This document shows, piece after piece, positions 52,801 through 64,000 of a stretch of DNA of 64,000 nt. The stretch comes from Hyphochytrium catenoides. Taxonomy: Eukaryota > Protista > Hyphochytriomycota. The position numbers were made by a program, and so were the translations under genes. Below the pieces are notes generated by a model that worked only from the letters and a program-made list of their open reading frames with translations, searched no databases and was not told the origin of the DNA. The stretch's first letter is position 1; each line of letters starts with the position of its first letter. The stretch spans positions 1 through 64,000 of the forward strand of contig FLMG01003815.1 in assembly GCA_900088475.1 (NCBI GenBank), in the 5' to 3' direction.

Positions 52801-54906
52801 TCCGGCAGAGGGAGTTCGGTTCGATGGCAACTCAGCTCTATGGGTTTGGGTTGGCTTTAAGTTAGACGTGGTCTCGGTCGTCGTAGCACATCGATGCTTA
52901 AGAAGCGCGCACGTTTACCTGTCTTGTTCACGCCAGTGAGAGTGAGATGGTCTGTGCCACCGTACGCATAGTCGCCCAGGACAGCTTTGGAGTCCTGAGG
53001 GCACATGCAAGTCATTCTCTACTCTTCTTCTAGTATGTGACTGATGGACAGTCAGTATTTTAAAGCTTTTTACCTGTGTGTGGTCCACGTCATACCACGT
53101 TGGGTTGGCACTCTCATCGTCCCCGATGGTCCGAAGGTCCCACACACGAACGCATTGGCCATTCGATTTGCTAATGGCCATCTATTCGAGAGGGCAATGG
53201 GATTAAGTAAGAACGCCATTGATGCTAGAAGCTGGAGTACTAGAAGAGCTACTAGAAGAGACATTATCGAGAAAGAAACCTGAGATGACTTAGAGTTGGT
53301 ATAGGCATAATCGCCAAACATCGCCTACCTTGCCGCCATCTCTAAAGGCAAAGAATTCAACGGTTTGCCTGAAATAGAAGGAGTTTCAGCCATCTCTGAA
53401 GGTTGGACATACACCATAGACAAAGGGAGAACCGACCGAGATCTCTCTCGTATAAAGAAGAGAAGGGCAGAGGAGTACCTAGAGAGAGCTGGAGAAGCGG
53501 AGTAGACTAACTAAAGCCAAATAAAGCCGCAACGAGAATGAGGTAAAAGTTCAGTGAAGACATTGATCAAAAGAGTAAGCCGGAAGGTACCCGTTGGTTG
53601 TCTGATCATAGAGGCATTGCCACTCTGTCTCCCCGCCGTTGATGGCGACTTTCCAGAGATGTATTGTCTTGATGCCCAGCCCACAGAGGAGCCAGTAAAC
53701 GTCAGATTTATCGTTCCCACGACGGTCCTCGTTGGGCACCTTTGTCACGGCACCGAACCCCTATACACAATAAATCATGGTGCTCAGATCAACCATGGTC
53801 GTACTTACTGACAGACAAAGAGCTGCTATACCTTTAGCTTTGCGTCTGACATCGTATGCTGGATGATCGCACGATCTGTATTCGAGCCTAACGAGAGGGT
53901 TGTTAGCTTTCTGTTGCTGCGACATGCACTATCCAGCCAACTGGACATATTGTCGTCTAAATTGAGCACTCTATTCTTCACCCTTTATTTCTTCGTTTAC
54001 TCCTTTGTCCCTGTTACAGAATATTCTGAGTTACCCTTGCGATACTGCCGTAGGTCGAATACTAGCATCTCCGTCGAGCCTTTCTGCACTCCCGCGAAGG
54101 CAAAGTTGCCATCTTCTGGCACTCCAACATTCATGATTAGGTTCGTGTTCAAGCCTTTCGCATGGATCCTTCCCAAGAGGCGGCCAAATTTGTCAGCTTT
54201 CCCGCGATTTACAGGGTCATAGAGCCGGATCTACATACCGGGCGCGCAAACAGAGAGGAAGGAAGCAGCAGGAAGTTCTTAGCATAAAAGCGCGAGGAAG
54301 TAAGCTTATTGAACTTGGGGCGAATGAGAGATAACGGATACTATGGTAGATCAGCTGAGATGGGGCCCATGGGTAGGAGATCAATGAGTGTTGGGGTCTT
54401 ACGGTTCCATCATTGAACCCAGCGATGACGATAGCACCATCTGGAGAGACGGCTAAAGAAGTAACAAGGGCCCTGAGCTCAAATTGGACTGCGACAGCAC
54501 CTCCAGAGCTATTCTTAGAGCGGGAGCTCTTCGCAGGAGAAGGGACCGTCACGATTGTTTTCCCCCCAATTTGTACTAGGAACGAAAGAGAGACTTTTTA
54601 GATGTTGCGCGAGTTCTTGCCCAAGATCAAGAGGGTTATACCTGTGTCGTCTGACCATTCAAACTCATCGGACTCCGCGCCGTGCTCCTGCTCTCCCCTG
54701 GTGACAGCCGACACAGCAGCTGTCTTGTTCTTCTGAGTGGCACTCTGACCATTCTGACTGTCTCCCAACTCCAACCTCCTTTTTGCATCTTCCAGATCAA
54801 TGGCCAATGTACTCTGTTCGACATAGGCTGGGAAGGATGGACCCATTCCCTGGCGGTGAACAGATATTGAGGGTGTGGATGGCGCTCCGCTGCTTCCATC
54901 CTTCAT
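49838..54906 (-). CDS. WD40/beta-propeller-like hypothetical protein with disordered basic middle and helical C-terminus (multi-exon)
   Basis: VTSLAVSPDGAIVIAGFNDGTV, GRIHAKGLNTNLIMNVGVPEDGNFAFAGVQKGSTEMLVFDL, SDAKLKGFGAV, LLCGLGIKTIHLWKV and KSNGQCVRVWDL. C-terminal exons FDREMLERQEEERIKLVRRARQEL. Stop inferred at 49838-49840. Confidence 0.65.
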
Positions 54907-56112
54907 GATTGACCAGTCGTGAAGACTCTTGTTCTCTCCTGCACTAAGCTCGGAAGCGCTTCTCCTAGTCCGGACCGGCCACTTCTAAGAGCTGCAGCGT
55001 AAGGCTTCCAACGCTGGTGCCCACACGTAAGAGGTAACTGCCAGGATGTGACAAGACGTCTGAGGCAGGCTTGATGACGAAGTCCAACAGTTCTCGATCA
55101 TAAGGCCATCATCAACCACCGAAGCGCTTCGTGGAGACCCAGACCTTAACGCCTTTATAAATGCACAGAACTGACGGCACTAAAAAAAAACTGGGGAAAT
55201 TGCCATTTGGTTGAAATTCGAAGTTTGCCGCCAATTCCAGAGCTCCCCCCGGAGATATGCAACCTTTCCAAGCTTTTCTGGGTTGACGATGGCGCCTCAT
55301 CGTCTTCCTGATCTTGCTGGAGGGTTGTTGACGCTGCTGATGGGCCTGCCTTTCATCATTTCCTTATTAGGCAGCTCAAGCTTCACCTGCCTCGCAAACT
55401 CTTCGGAGCACAATCGCCAGGCCTGCTTTCTTGGTTATGTCCTTAGTCCTGCAGCGACCAATGGCCGTCCGTCAAAACGGGGAAGGCCCAAGTCCCTGTG
55501 TACCAGCTTCCCTGTGTCTGCCCCTTGAAACCCATGGCAGACGACAATACAACGAGCTCCGCGTCCTGGACATGAAGTCATAGACTAAGCGTAGTTCAGG
55601 AGTAAATAATAGGGAAAAAGACTCCTTGCGAAGCGAAGTGAAACACCATCATCAAGATGTGACGACAACTCCGTTAGGCGTTAATGACCCATTTCCTTCT
55701 GAATTTCCTGAGTCTGGCCCATAGAATTTACTAAAAAATCCCTGGCGATGAAGCGTCGACGACTTTCGCTCCTCTATTCACTGGAGAACATAGCGCTACT
55801 CACGGCGAAGATGATTGCACAGGCGAAAGAATAAAGATCTCAGGGCAGAGAAGCAGTCCTTGTATGAGACTAAACCATTTTATTAGACTCATTGTGAGAT
55901 ATATAGAGAGGCCACGCACTGCAGACACTGCTCTCATTCCAGGAAAGGTTTTAGGTGTTTGATGCAGGGCATAGAAGGCAGTAGCTGCGGAAGGAGACCA
56001 GCCAAAGAGCGACGCGGGACTGACTTGGGAAGCTATCTTGGCCAACAACCTTTTGGAGCTGGATCTCCCTGCGCTTGAGAAGTCTTGTTCCGATGAGTGT
56101 CGAAAGCGAAGC

Positions 56113-62703
<6,591 letters not shown>

Positions 62704-63743
62704 TCTCAGCCTTAAAGATAACTCTGGCAGGCGCTTTGGCTTTGATTGGTATCCTGTCGCCTTAGAATATCTGCTACCGGCTGCGCAGCAGATGCAGCCG
62801 TGGAGCCTCAATAGCTGCAAGAAGGAATCTGTTCAAGCTCCCGTGACTGTGAAAGGACACAAGCTTACAAGCGGCTGGGAGCTGATGGCTTCTCTTACCT
62901 TCTGTCTAGCACGTTGACTTGCCACCAGCAGTCACCTGTACTCCTGAAGGTTCTTTCCCGAGACCTTCTTAGCCTGAGGGGACGTTATTGCTTCTTGAAA
63001 GATGAGGGCGCGTGCTGCTGCTGATGGGCGAAGGCGGCGCCAGGAGTGAAGACTTTGAAGGTCAAGTAACGAAGCTCAAGGATTTTTGTTGAGCTCTGTG
63101 TCAGTTCACGTGAGGGTCCAGAATGAGAACGGACAGGTTATATTATCGTCCTTGCGATGATTGTTCTAATTCTTTATATATTTGCCCTTACTATTAGGGC
63201 CAAGGTCATCATCACTTGCTTTCTGACCATGAATGGATACTGCCTACAAAGGTCAGGGAAAGAAGAGTGGCAGTTCTTATCACTTTGGGAGGACAGAGAC
63301 ATCTCCCGCAGTTTTAATTCAGACACATAAACTTTTTTCTGGCTTGAGAATATATTGATAAGGAGCTCAAACCCACGTTTGTCCCTCACTCACTCACTCA
63401 AAGGGCATGAGCCAGAGGAAGCGATGAAGAGATTTTATGGCATCCTTTCTGCGACTCGTACGTCCACAGTTGAAGACCCAGAGCTCTGCAGCTTCACTTC
63501 TCTGATGTTCACCCAGACTTAGAGATCAGACGCCTTTGACTTAGAGGCTGAGAGCTTCAATGAGCCGATAATCCTTCTATAGCTCCAAGAGCTTCCGCCT
63601 GCCATGATCGAATGAACGACCAGGTGATGATGTATGGCTGAATGACGCCGTTTCGTGAAGAACCTCCATTCCATAGGATGGACAGCTCCAGCTAGCACAT
63701 CTGTACGCCTAGCTTGTGGCTCAGGGCGAGTCTTTGGTGGGAG

Positions 63744-64000
63744 ATGGGACTTCTTGAAGACTTTCCCGACCATATTCTCATCGCCATTCTGTCCTACCTA
63801 GACCTCAGATGCCGTACCAAGATATCACAAGTGAGACGGAACGTCAGCACGGCCTTATTCTGTTGCTGTGGCCACTAACTTTTTATGCAAAGGTCGACCG
63901 ATTGTTCAAATCCCTGCACGCTATTCTGTCCCAGCAACCATACTGGAGAACCATAACCGTCGTGAGGGAGATTGATGGCCAGGATGATGCGAGGGTGGAG
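63744..64000 (+). CDS. F-box protein, 5' part (runs off the window)
   Basis: MGLLEDFPDHILIAILSYLDLRCRTKISQ|VDRLFKSLHAILSQQPYW matches the F-box consensus L..LP.EIL..ILSYL.....  .S.V.R. The intron has gtgaga...ctaac...aag signals. Confidence 0.7.

Noticed and set aside
62704-62820. Plastid-targeting extension on the trifunctional enzyme
   Set aside because: The upstream ORF begins with TTG, and the upstream exon has an in-frame TGA. A 5'-UTR intron is more likely.
63424-63540. DnaJ-like look (FYGILSATRTSTVED...HPD)
   Set aside because: HPD lies in a different frame and both frames hit stops. A gtacgt donor suggests UTR/intron sequence upstream of the F-box gene.

Overview
This is eukaryotic, intron-rich (short GT-AG introns with CTAAC/CTGAC branch sites), gene-dense nuclear DNA. 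A stramenopile source is most likely, judged from a mastigoneme-type EGF protein and the aromatic-pathway fusion. Gene models were spliced by hand, so the boundaries are approximate. In order: a coiled-coil/tandem-GAF protein, a TMEM104-like amino-acid transporter, Beclin-1/ATG6 (mostly invisible in the ORF track), a TPR-SAM methyltransferase, HDHD2, BOP1/Erb1, a decayed ORF zone (21-23 kb), ABCE1/RLI1, an intronless EB1-C-terminal (EBH) protein with no CH domain, aspartokinase-homoserine dehydrogenase, an intronless duplicated EGF protein, a transposon-relic island (38-44.8 kb) holding an orphan GPI-anchor-type gene, an XRCC3-like RAD51 paralog, two hypothetical proteins (one WD40-like), a single trifunctional prephenate/arogenate dehydratase + arogenate dehydrogenase + prephenate aminotransferase gene, and the start of an F-box gene. 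The three most interesting observations are: (1) the CH-less EB1 paralog carries its own SxIP motifs and a KEN box; (2) the whole arogenate route to Phe/Tyr is encoded as one polypeptide; (3) the HSDH domain of AK-HSDH has lost its NAD(P)-binding glycine motif. I recognised no rRNA, tRNA or CRISPR array.
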